64,000 nt of DNA, taken from positions 244,654,001 to 244,718,000 of the forward strand of contig NC_086097.1 of NCBI RefSeq assembly GCF_963921235.1, read 5' to 3'. This document shows positions 22,465-33,774 of this stretch, piece after piece. The DNA is from Mobula hypostoma (taxonomy: Eukaryota). Below the pieces are notes generated by a model. It saw only the letters and a list, made by a program, of their open reading frames with translations. It was not told the DNA's origin and searched no databases. The position numbers and the translations under genes are program-made. How positions within the stretch are numbered: position 1 is the stretch's first letter; every line of letters starts with the position of its first letter.

Positions 22465-25400
22465 TTTAGATTATGAGAACACTCAGTCCTCTTTTATTGT
22501 CATTTAGAAATGCATACATGCATTAAGAAATAATACAATGTTCCTCCAGAGCGATATCACAGAAAACAGGACAAACCAGAGACTAACACTGACAGAACCA
22601 CATAATTATAACATATAGTTGGTGGTGGTGGCATCTGTTAGTCTCGCAACACCATGGATCTGCTCCTGGAAAGTCTTGCTTCAGTCTGCGTTAGAGCAGC
22701 GTCTGTTGTGGCTGTAGAGGCCCACACGGGAGTGACAGTCTCGGCTGCAGCAACTGCACTTGAAGGCACTGTCCTCTAGTGTTGTCTTGGTGCTGTTTTT
22801 CCAATGAGTGCGCTTTTCTTCAGCAGCAAGCCTCAGCTTCTCTTCTCTTTTTTTTAGACCTCAGCGTAGTTCCAGCCTCCAGCGAGAGCGATTGCTTGCG
22901 ATGTCCTCCCACCTCTCGACGTTCATTTTCAGTGACTTCATGTCTCTCTTGCAAACGTCTTTGAAACAAAGATGGGGCCGCCCTTGTGCTCTCTTGCCGG
23001 AGGCCAGTTCCCCATACAGCAGGTCTTTTGGGATCCTCCCGTCTGACATGCAGTGTACGTGGCCCAGCCAGTGGAGACAGCATTGTTGGAGCAGGATGAA
23101 GAGGCTGGGTATCTGGGCACGGGCCAGGACCTCATTGCTGGTGACTCGGTCAGTCCACGTGATGTCCAGGATGCGTCTCAGGCTGCGAAGGTGGAAGGCG
23201 TTGAGACGCTGCTATTGTCTGTAGTAGAGGCTCCAGGTCTTGCTGCTGTAAGGCAGTGTGCTGAGGATCCAGGCCCTGTAGACTGCAACTTTGGTGTGCG
23301 TTATCAGCTTTCTGTTCTCTCAGACTCTCTTTGTCTGCCTGGAGAATGTTGAGGCTGCTCGTGCGATTCGTCTGTTAATCTCGGGGTCTAGGGAGAGGCT
23401 GTCCGTGATGGTGGAGCCAAGGTATGTAAACTCGTGAACTACCTCCAGCTCGTAGTTGTTGATGGTAATAACAGGGGGGTGCTCAACGCCTTGGCCCAAC
23501 ACGTTAGTTTTCTTCAGGCTGATGGTCAAACTGAAGTCCTGGCAGGCTCTTGAGAAGCTGTCCATGAGGCGTTGCAGTTGCTCTTCAGAGTGTGTTGCCA
23601 GTGCTGCATCGTCTGCAAACATGTCCCTGATGAGTACTTCACGAACCTTGGTTTTTGTCCTCAGCCGGGACAGACAGAACAGCTTCCCGTCCGATCTGGT
23701 GTGGAGGTAGACATCATCAGTTAATGTTCCAAAGGCGTGCTTCAGCATGACTGCGAAGAAGATGCCAAACAGGGTGGGGGCAAGCACACAGCCCTGCTTC
23801 ACACCGCTTCGGATGTTGAAGGCCTCCGAAGAAGAGCTGTCGAACTGAACGACGCCCTTCATGTCTGTGTGGAATGACTGAATTATCCTGAGGAGCCTCA
23901 GGGGACAACAAATCCTGCCGAGGATTTTGAACAGGCCGTCTCTGCTCACAAGATCGAAGGTCAATGAAAGCGATGTAGAGTGGTTGTCTTTGCTGTCTGC
24001 ATTTCTCTTGTAGCTATCGAAGGGAAAGATCATGTCGATTGTGGAGCGTTCCGACCTGAAACCACACTGAGACTTGGGATATACCCTTTCGGCTATTTTC
24101 TGCAGTCTGTTCAGGACCACGCGAGCGAAGACCTTCCCAACGATGCTCAGCAAGGAGCTTCCCCTGTAGTTGTTACAGTCGCTTCTGTCCCCTTTGTTCT
24201 TGTATATGGTGACAATGTTGCAGTCTCTCATGTCTTGTGGCACTGCTCCCTCTGTCCAGCACTGGCACAGTAGTTCATGCAGGTGGTTTAGCAGGACGCC
24301 CTTTGCACATTTGATGGCCTCTGGTGGAATGCCATCCAATCCTGGTGCCTTCCCAGTGGGCAGGCTGTCGATGGCTTTACTCAGTTCTTCGGCAGTCGGC
24401 AATGCATCAAGCTCCTCCATGACAGGCAGGCATTCCATGGCATCTAGCGTGCTGTCCGAGATGCTGTTTTCTCTGGAGAAGAGTTCAGAGTACTGCTTGC
24501 CTTAATCATTAATGGTCTCGCCTGTTATGCTTTTCAATGGTGCTGTCTTGCTCTGGGTTGGCCTGATGGCTTTCTTGATCCCCTCGTACTCTCCACGGAT
24601 GTTGCCTGTGTCAAATGATGACTGAATGCTGTCGCATAGTTGTAACCAGTAGTCATTTGCACAGTGTCTGGCTGTTTCCTGGGCCTTGCTTCTTGCTGTC
24701 CTTAGCACTTGCAGTGTTGCCTGGGTGGGGTGGCGTTTGTGCTCTAGTAGTGCAACACGCTTCACCTTGATGACGGGTGAGCTTACTTGAGCTCGCTTCA
24801 AACCAGTCCTGTGTCTTGCCCTGTTTCTTCCCGAAGGCCTTGAGTGCAGTGCTGTGGATGGAGTCCCTGAGAGAGTCCCATCTCTGCTGAGCATCTCCTT
24901 CTGGTGGGTCTGCAAGGAGAGCATCCTCCAGTGACTTGATGAACTCTGCAGCTTTGTCTGGGTGTTGTGTCTTACTGGCATCGATGCGCTGCTTGCCTGG
25001 AGGCTTGGCACAGTATCTTCTTTGGCCGAAGTAAACCAGAGAGTGATCCGTGTCGCAGTCGGCACTCTGAAAGGAGTGAGTCATGAGCATGTTTCTCAGG
25101 TGACGGTGTCTTGTGATTATCAGGTCTAACTGGTGCCAGTGTTTGGAGCAGCGATGCCGCCATGGCACTTTGTGCTGAGCTTTCGTCTGGAAGTCGGTGT
25201 TGGTGACACACGATTCATGGAGCATGCAAAGCTCGAGCAGTCGTTGCCCGTTGTCACTCATGCTGTCAATCCCATACCACCCCAGGCAGCTTGGCCAAGA
25301 GTCGTGGTCGGCGCCCACTCTGGCATTGAAGTCGCCAAGTAGCAGCAACTGCTCCTGACTTGGGAATTTCCTGTATCATCATTGAGAGCTGGTCATAGAA

Positions 25401-26765
25401 CTTGTCCTTTGTGTCTTGTGTAGACTAGAGGGTTGGGGCATAGACGCTGACAAGGTTGACAGGTCCGTCGGATGTGTGGAGTCGAAGTGAGAAAATCTGC
25501 TCTGTCCCTTTCTTGCTAGGCTCTACCATCTTCAGCAGCGAATTCTTCACGGCAAAGCCGACACCATGCTCTCTGGTCTCGTCTGAGCCCTTCCCCTGCC
25601 AGAAGGAGGTATAGTCTCTTCCACATAGGGTTCCCGATTCTGCGAGACGTGTCTCTTGGAGCGTTGCGATGTCCACTTGGAGTCTCGACAGTTCATTGTT
25701 AATCACTGCTGTCTTGCGTGTGTCGCTGATCTCCCGAAGGTCATCTGATATACCAGTTGTCATGGTCCGTATATTCCAGCATCCTAGTCTGAGCGCTGGC
25801 TTCTTTCTTTGTCTTCTAGTTGTACTTGGTGCAGCGTTTACAGTCCACAGTTCGGGCTACTTGTATCCCTAAGCTCCACGCACCCAGTGGAGCGGGCGGA
25901 CTGTGGCGGGACAGCACCGAATTGGCTGGGGGCTGCCCTGCTTGAGGCGGACGGTAGCTGTCCAGTGAGACGTGACGGTCTCTCCCTCTGTCGAAAGCAA
26001 CCCCTGGTGCCTTGCTCTACGCCAGTCGAGTGCAGGCTTATAACCGGTAGACTGCTGCTTTCCGTGTTGTGCCATCGCGGTGAGGCGATGCTGGAGTGTC
26101 CTCTCCAGGGCGCAGGCCTGGGCAAGGTTGAATGGAAGACTGGCAGTTGCCCATGCTGCAAGTCTCCCCTTTCCATGACACCGATGTTGTCTAAGGGAAG
26201 GGCAAGGGCCGATACAGCTTGGCACCAGTGTCGTCGCATAATATAGTTACAGCAGTGCAAAACAATACCATAATTTGATAAAGAGCAGACCATGGGCATG
26301 GTTTTAAAAAAAAAACTCACGTCCCGATCAACTCCCAAGTCCCCGATAGCAGGTGGCAAAAGGGAGAAACTCCCTGCCATAAACCTCCAAGGCACCGCCA
26401 ACTGCCGATGCCTTGGAAGCAGCCGACCACAGCCGACACCGAGTCTGTCCATCCAAAAACTTCGAGCCTCCGACCAGCCCCTCTGATACAGCCTCCCAAG
26501 CGCCATCCTCTGCCGAGCGTCTTCGACCTTGCTCCGTCCGCTGAAACAAGCAAGGCCGAGGATTCGGGGCCTTCTGCTCCGGAGATTCCGGTTACTACAC
26601 AGTAGCAGCGGCAGCGAAGCGGGCATTTCAGAAGTTTCTCCTGCTGTTCCTCCATACTCTCACGTCCATTTCCATCAAATCAGGATTGTGCACGGTCCCC
26701 TACTTGATAGATAACAGATATCATTCACCGGAGAGGCCGCACGCGCTGCTATCTTCTCCTCCTCC
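22465..26765 (-). mobile_element. Non-autonomous LINE-tail element (22465-22620 + 26241-26765) split by an RTE
   Basis: Contiguous across the TSD atatagtt. The minus strand has AATAAA near its 3' end and a GC-rich 5' end. Confidence 0.55.
22621..26240 (-). mobile_element. RTE-clade LINE, second family, disrupted
   Basis: APE motifs (LQETRL, VSVYAPT, LGDFNARVG) and RT motifs (NYRG, GVKQGCVLAP, MFADD). (CAC)n tail. TSD atatagtt at 22613-22620 / 26241-26248. Confidence 0.93.
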
Positions 26766-27403
26766 TCCTTTTCATTTTTTCACCTTTCTTTAAATTCCTG
26801 TCTGATTGTATCTTCCTAGGTCTTACTTATGCTTCTTTTTCTTCTTTTGACTCAAATTTACAACCACTCTCATCACACAAGATTTTCTTGCTGTACTATC
26901 CTGGACCTTCTCAGAGCTGGACTCTGATTAGCAGTCTTAAATAGCTCCCACATGTAACGTTGTAATTTGTTCACCCCAATTTAGTACTTTCTTGCAAGAT
27001 CCAGACATCTTTATTCATAGCAATCTCAAACCGTTAGGAGTTGTAATCACTGCTCTCCTACTGAAAGACTACTCACGTGGCCAGGCTATCTACCTATAAC
27101 AAGGGCCAGATGCAAGCATGAGAGGCTGCAAATACTGGAAATCTGGAGGAAAATGGAAGCGTTAACATTTCAGCCTGAAATGTTGACTGTCCATTTCCCT
27201 CCATAGATGCTGCTGACCTGTTGAGTTGCTCTAGGTTTCCAGCATCTGCAGTCTCTTATGTGCCTTCTTTGGCTGGATTATATGCATATTGTTCAAAAAA
27301 CACTCTTGAATGCACTCAAGAAATTCTATTTCATCTAAACCAGTTGTGCTAAGGAAGTTGCAGATTATATAAAAGATTAATGTAATCAGACCAAATCAAT
27401 ATA

Positions 27404-27834
27404 GGAGGGGTGAGTGATACGTTCGTGGCCTAAGGGTAGAAAGAGATGAGTTATACAGCTCTTGTTACATGCATATGCAGTTCAACTCTTTGAGTGATTA
27501 TGCAGAAAGTTTGAAGTTAATAACTCATCTCCTTCTACCTTAGGCCAAAAACTTACCAATCACCCCTGATGAGCTATTAACCTCAAACTTTCTGCATAAT
27601 CCCTGCATGTACATGTAACGAGAGCTGTATAACTCATCTCCTTCTACCTCAGGCCATGAACTTATCAATCACCCCTGCTGTGGGCACTTTCTGGAGGTCC
27701 AAGATCCGTATGCTCCACAACCGCTGGACTGTGTGTGTAAATGTAGGAGGCGACTATGTTGAAAAATAAATGTGCTAGGTTTTCTAAAATTGACTCCGTC
27801 TATCTTAGGCCACGAACTTATTAATCACCCCTCA
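27404..27834. mobile_element. Mariner-type MITE
   Basis: TA-flanked TIRs gaggggtgagtgatacgttcgtggcctaagggtaga / tctatcttaggccacgaacttattaatcacccctc, with internal TIR copies at about 27530-27570 and 27640-27678. Confidence 0.85.
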
Positions 27835-27948
27835 TAGTTTCATAATGATTTGCTGCAAGTTTTTGTTTAATTCTCTGATGGATTTGTAAACAAAATCAAA
27901 GTTGATTTTATTGTCTTACATTCAAATAAGTGTATCCACAAGAGCAAT

Positions 27949-29504
27949 GAGTTGCAAGAAAAAGTTTGTGAATCCTTCACGTGGTTTTCTGCAACTAATT
28001 CACAATAACAGACAAACACAATCTTTCTAAACTAATAACACACAAACAAATGTGGTTTTCATGTCTCTATTGAACACATTTTTGATCATTCACAGTCCAG
28101 GCTGGCAAAAGTATATGAACCCTTGTAGTTAATAACTGGTAGACCCTCCTTTAGCAGCAATAACCTCCACCAAGTTTCCTATAACTACCGATCAGACTTG
28201 CAGAAAGGCAAGGACCATTCCTTCATACAAAACTGTTTCAGTTCATCAGTATTTCTGGGATACCTTTCATGAACATCCCTCGTCAGGTCTTGCCACAGCA
28301 ACTCAATTGGATTAAGGTCTGGACCCTGACTTGGCCATTCCAAAACACCCATTTTCTTTTTTTTTGTGTTGCAGATCATTGTCTTGTTGTATCATTCAAC
28401 TTCTATTAAGCTTCAGGTGATGGACAGCTACCCTGATATTCTCCTGTAAAATAGTCTTGTTATAATTTTGAATTTATTGTTCCTTCCAACGATTGCAAGC
28501 TGTCCAGGCCCTGAGGGAGCAAAGCAGCCCCAGACCATGATGCTCCTTCCACCATGCTTCATATTTGGGATGAGGTTTTGTTGTTGGCATGCAGTGCCCT
28601 TTTTCCTCCAGACATAGCTAATGGTGTGCATTTCTGCCAAAAAGTTCAACTTTTGTCTCATCTGTCCACGGGAAATTGTCCCAGAAGCATTGTAGAACAT
28701 CCAGGTGGTCTTTTGAAAACTCCATGTGCAGCAATGTTTGTTTATTTGTTTTTGGAGAGCAGTGATTTCCTCCGTGGTGCTCTTCCGTGAGCAACATTCT
28801 TGTTCAAAGTTTGTCTTATAATGGGCACATGAGTGAAGATATTAGCAAGTTCTAGAGATTTCTGCGGGTCTTTAGCTGTTACTCTCGGGTTCTCTTTCAC
28901 TCCTTCAGCATTGCGTATTGTGCTCTTGGTATGATCTGTGCAGGATGTCCACTGCCAGACAGAGTAGCAACAGAACTGAGTTTCCTCCATTTGTAGGTAA
29001 CTTCTCTTACTGTGGACTGATGAACACTCAGATCTTCAGAAATGCTTTTGTAGCCTTTTCCAGCTTCATGCATCTCTACAATTCTTCTTCGAAGGTCCTC
29101 AAAGTTGTTTTGATTGAGGCATGGTGCACGTAAACAGATCTTTCTTGAAAAGAGCAGGCTCTGTCAGTAACTTGACTTTGTATGTCTTTTTTATGTAGGG
29201 CAGGGCACCTCTACAACCCACACCTCCAATCTCATCTCATTGATCGGAACACCTGATTCCAAATAGCTTTTGTAGAAGGCATTATCCCAGAGGTTCACAT
29301 ACTTTTTTTCATACCTAGACTGTGATTGTTTAAATGATCTACTCATTATTGATGAGAAGAAGCACAATTGTTTGTGTGTTATTAGTTTAGGCAGATTGTG
29401 TTTGTTTATTATTGTGATTTGGATGAAGATCAGACCATATTTTGAGTAATTTTTGCAGAAAACTGGGTAATTGCAGAGGGTTCACAAACTTTTTCTTTTA
29501 ACTA
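27949..29504 (-). mobile_element. Tc1-like DNA transposon (IR/DR type), decayed transposase
   Basis: ~200-bp TIRs (gttgcaagaaaaagtttgtgaa / ttcacaaactttttc) with inner DRs. Peptides KHGGRSIMVWGCF and WPSQGPDLNPIELLW. Confidence 0.9.
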
Positions 29505-30744
29505 TGGACGATCCGTACACTGTCCCAAAAAACCCTCTTGAATTCACTCAAACAATTCTATCCCATCTAAACCAGTTGTACTAAGGAAGTTGTAGATTAA
29601 TTTAAACAGACCAAGTCGATGTGGTTTCATAGTGAATTTGCTACAAGTATTTATTTTATTCTTTGTTGGTTTTGTAAACAATGTCAAATTTGATTATGTC
29701 TTGCACACAAATACAGATATGCTCAAGTGCAATGAAAAACATAATTGTAGCACTATCAAAGGTAAATTGCATCAGATACACAACATTCACGAGAAAATAT
29801 AAATTGTACCCAAATTTATCAAGGGAGAGCACAATTAAAACAAAATAAATGCAAGTCCATTGTAGTACAAAGCGGTCATGGTGTCGCTGTATAGAGTTGT
29901 TTTGGTTGGTGCAAGGACCAAATGATTGAAGGGAAGTGGCTGTTCCGGAACCTGGTGGTAACTACTCTTGTTCCTTGTGTATGACCTCCACCGTACTTAT
30001 TCCACTTGCTGTACTCTTGGGCAGCCTGTTGTCACGTTTGCCTTGTGTTGCTGATAAAACCATCACCCATACCCCAATCAATCCCCTTTTCAATATCAAT
30101 TAGCTGGGTATACTTGATATGAACTGTAATTACTGTGTCATCACTTCCAGTTAATTGTGTGTCTTTATTTGTGTGCTTAGCTTTTTCTGGTTCTGTTGCA
30201 AAGAATGTGTGCATTCTGATACACTGTATTAAACTTTAGTTTTACCATTTTATCTTGAAGTAAGTTTTTAGTTGCTAATGCACCATTGTTCTTCATTTAT
30301 TTCCTGTTTCACTCCTCTTAGCGTTATCCTGTTTGCTACTTTGTTCAATGGCCTTGGCTTTTTCCGTCGCCTGAAGTTTACTAGTGCCATAATTTGTGTT
30401 TCCTTAAGAAGTAAACAGAGGCCACTTTGGCTGAAATGTACGACAACCCACAGAGCAATTCCCTGCTGATTTTCTCCTCCCCCCCCCCCCCCCCCCCGGA
30501 AACCTATTCTCCTTGTGTTCCTATGAACTCTACTGGGGCTCCATCAGCAGGCTAAACTCTTGAGGCAGTTTACAATGGCCAGCCAGGATGTGAGAGGAAG
30601 CCAAGAACCTGGGGAGAACCCCAGGATTAAACCTGGACTATTAGAACTTCACCAGTCACTTGTCCTCACCCCCCTTCCCCCACTGTCCCTGCCAACCATT
30701 ACCTGCAAAAACAAACTGGTTAATTTAGTACCTTTTTGTTCAAC

Positions 30745-32250
30745 CATAGAAAAACTACAGCACAGAAACAGGCCTTTTGGCCCTTCTTGGCTGTGCCGAA
30801 CCATTTTCTGCCTAGTCTCACTGACCTGCATACGGATCATATCCCTTCATACACCTCCCATCCATGTATCTGTCCAGTTCTGTGATGCCACTTTTAGGGA
30901 ATTCTGTATCTGTATTCCCAGATCCCTCTGTTCTATTGCACTCCTCAGTGCCTTACCATTTACCCTGTATGTTCTACCTTGGTTTGTCCTACCTAAGTGC
31001 AATACCTCACACTTGTCTGTATTAAACTCCATCTGCCATCTTTCAGCCCATTTTCCCAGCTGGTCCAAGTCCCTCTGCAGGCTCTGAAAACCTTCCTCAC
31101 TGTCCACTACACCTCCAATCTTTGTATCATCTGCAAATTTGCTAATCCAATTTACCACATTATCATCCAGATCATTGATATAGATGACAAATGACAATGG
31201 ACCCAGCACTGATCCCTGCGGCACACCACTAGTCACAGGCCTCCACTCTGAGAAGCAATTCTCCACTACCACTCTTTGGCTTCTTCCATTGAGCCAATGT
31301 CTAATCCAATATACCACCTCTCCATGTATACCTAGCGACTGAATTTTCCTAACTAACCTCCCATGCGGGACCTTGTCAAAGGCCTTACTGAAGTCCATGT
31401 GGACGACATCCACTGCCTTCCCTTCATCCACTCTCCTGGTAACCTCCTCGAAAAACTCCAATAGATTGGTCAAACATGACCTACTACGCACAAAGCCACG
31501 TTGACTCTCCCTAATAAGTCCCTGTCTGTCCAAATACTTGTAGATTCTGTCTCTTAGTATTCCCTCCAATAACTTACCCACTACCGACGTCAAATTTACC
31601 AGCCTATAATTTCCCGGATTACTTTTCGATCCTTTTTTAAACAACGGAACAACATGAACCATTCTCCAATCCTCCGGCACCTCACCCGTAGACACCGACG
31701 TTTTAAATATATCTGCAAGGCCCCTGCAATTTCAACACTAGTCTCCTTCAAGGTCTGAGGGAATACCCTGTCAGATCCTGGGGACTTATCCACTTTAATT
31801 TGCCTCAAGATAGCAAGCACCTGCTCTTTTTCAATCTGTACAGTTTCCATGATCTCACTACTCGTTTCCCTTAATTCCATAGACTTCATGCCAGTTTCCT
31901 TAGTAAATACAGACGCAGAAAACCCATTTAAGATCTCCCCATTTTCTTTTGGTTCCGCGAATAGCCGACCACCCTGATCTTCAAGAGGACCAATTTTGTC
32001 CCTTACAATCCTTTTACTCTTAATATACGTGTAAAAGCTGTTTGGATTATCCTTCACTTTGACTGCTAAGGCAACCTCATGTCTTTTAGCCCTCCTGATT
32101 TCCTCCTTAAGTATTTTCTTGCACTTTTTATATTCCTCAAGCACCTTATTTACTCCCTGTTTCCTATACATGTCTTACAACTCTCTCTTCTTTATCAGAG
32201 TTGCAATATCCCTTGAGAACCAAGGTTCCTTATTCCTATTCACTTTGCCT
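30745..32250 (-). mobile_element. CR1 LINE, 5'-truncated with internal deletion near 30880
   Basis: RT motifs DFSKAFDKVPH, GVPQGSVLGP and KFADD. The ORF jumps directly to the 3' UTR. Confidence 0.9.
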
Positions 32251-33098
32251 TCATGGCAAAATGAAATTCAGATACATGATCAAATGTGATCTTTTTGAAT
32301 GGTAGAGCAGGTGCGAGGGGCTGAGTGGTGTAATCTTGCTTTTACTTATTTCTCTAATTTCCCTGTGACATAAAAGGTGGCTATTCAGTCTGAGTTGATG
32401 CTGGCTCTCAGAGCAGTCCTCAATCGGATTGCCCACAGAGGTCAAAGCCGTAATCAGGTCAATTGAGCTGTGAGGCAGCAATACTACTGTATGCCTAATT
32501 GGTGCAGGACATTTTGTCCATCTCGGCTCCCAAGGGAGGCACATCTTCGCTTCCATTGCTCTTAACCTTTACTCACAGTTGCCCACCAATTATTGTGTTC
32601 TTATGCAAACCTTTAAAGTCATAGAGTACTGCAGCATAGAAACAGGCTGTGTTGGCCCATCGAGTTCATAGTGAACTATTAATTTGCCTGGTCTGATTGA
32701 CCTGCACTGGGACCATAGCGCTTCATATCCTTCCTCATCATGTAGAATTATTTCAATCATGGATTTAGTTACCTGCACTCTTTTTAATAGATGGCCAAAT
32801 TTCAATACAGTAATTGTTCTAATTTACATAGATTTTCAAAATCTTAATGTCAGATAAATTTTAAAATGGCTACCCAGCTTTTACAGTTGAAGTTGCTGGT
32901 GGTGGTTTGCCAGTTGCCAGTACTTTGAGGGTAAATTGAGGGACATGGCAACTGTGTTATGTATCTAGATCAGGTAGAGGCACCGAGAGAATTAGAACAG
33001 AGAATACTGACAGGAACATCTGCGTCAGCAGGATCCTGATTTTTAACGTATTGAAACTTGACCAAATGTTTAATACTTTCTGTAATGTATATGAGTGT

Positions 33099-33398
33099 GA
33101 GCACGTGGCCAAGTGGTTAAGGCATTGGACTAGCTACCTGAAGGTCGGGAGTTCAAGCCCCAGCCGAGGGAACATGTTGTGTCCTTGAGCAAGGCACTTA
33201 ATCACACATTGCTTTGCGACGACACTGCCAAGCTGTATGGGTCCTAATGCCCTTCCTTTGGACAACATCGGTGTCGTGGAGAGGGGAGACTTGCAGCAAC
33301 TGCTGGTCTTCCGTACAACCTTGCCCAGGCCTGCACCCCGGAGAGTGAAGACTTTCCAGGCGCAGATCCATGGTCTTGCAAGACTAAGGAATGCCTTT
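33099..33398 (+). mobile_element. tRNA-head SINE with bipartite RTE-derived tail
   Basis: A box TGGCCAAGTGG and B box GTTCAAGCC. 33215-33345 matches the RTE 5' region (26100-26238 rc) and 33347-33397 matches the RTE 3' end (22625-22678 rc). Confidence 0.85.
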
Positions 33399-33449
33399 AG
33401 AACTATTGGAGAGAGAGGCCTGAGGCACAAAGTAACATAGAACATGGAA

Positions 33450-33760
33450 CATGAGAAAGTCTGCAGATGCTGGAAATCCAAAGCAACACACACAAAATGC
33501 TGGAGGAATTCAGCAGGTCAGACAAAATCTGTGGAAATAAACAGTTGATATTTAGGCAGAGACCCTTCATTGGGACTGGAAAGCAAAGGGGAAGACACCA
33601 GAATAAAAAGGTCGGGGAAGAGGAGGGGGAAGGAGGATAGCTGGGTAATAGGTGAAGCTAGGTGGAAAGGAAGGAATCTGAGAGGAGAGTAGATAAGGAA
33701 GTGGGGGGGACCCAGGTGGAAGACATAGAAGTCCAGAGTGAGGAATGGAAGAAGAGGGAA
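33450..33760 (-). mobile_element. Penelope-like pLTR fragment
   Basis: tctgcagatgctggaaatcc...gacccttcattgggactgga matches the PLE end in reverse. Confidence 0.7.
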
Positions 33761-33774
33761 GGTTATGACATAAA

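Noticed and set aside
26040..26240. HDV-like ribozyme at the 5' end of the second RTE
   Set aside because: No P1/P2/P3 arrangement was found. The copy starts downstream of the region homologous to the ribozyme.
25838..26626. 262-aa ORF as a novel gene or RTE ORF1
   Set aside because: It crosses the TSD junction between two unrelated elements and has no recognisable domain.
30479..30497. Poly-C run as a functional G-quadruplex
   Set aside because: A simple homopolymer within degraded repeat sequence with no supporting context.
33099..33175. tRNA gene
   Set aside because: A and B boxes are present, but there is no intact cloverleaf or terminator and the sequence continues into a SINE body. 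The same applies at 56400-56468.
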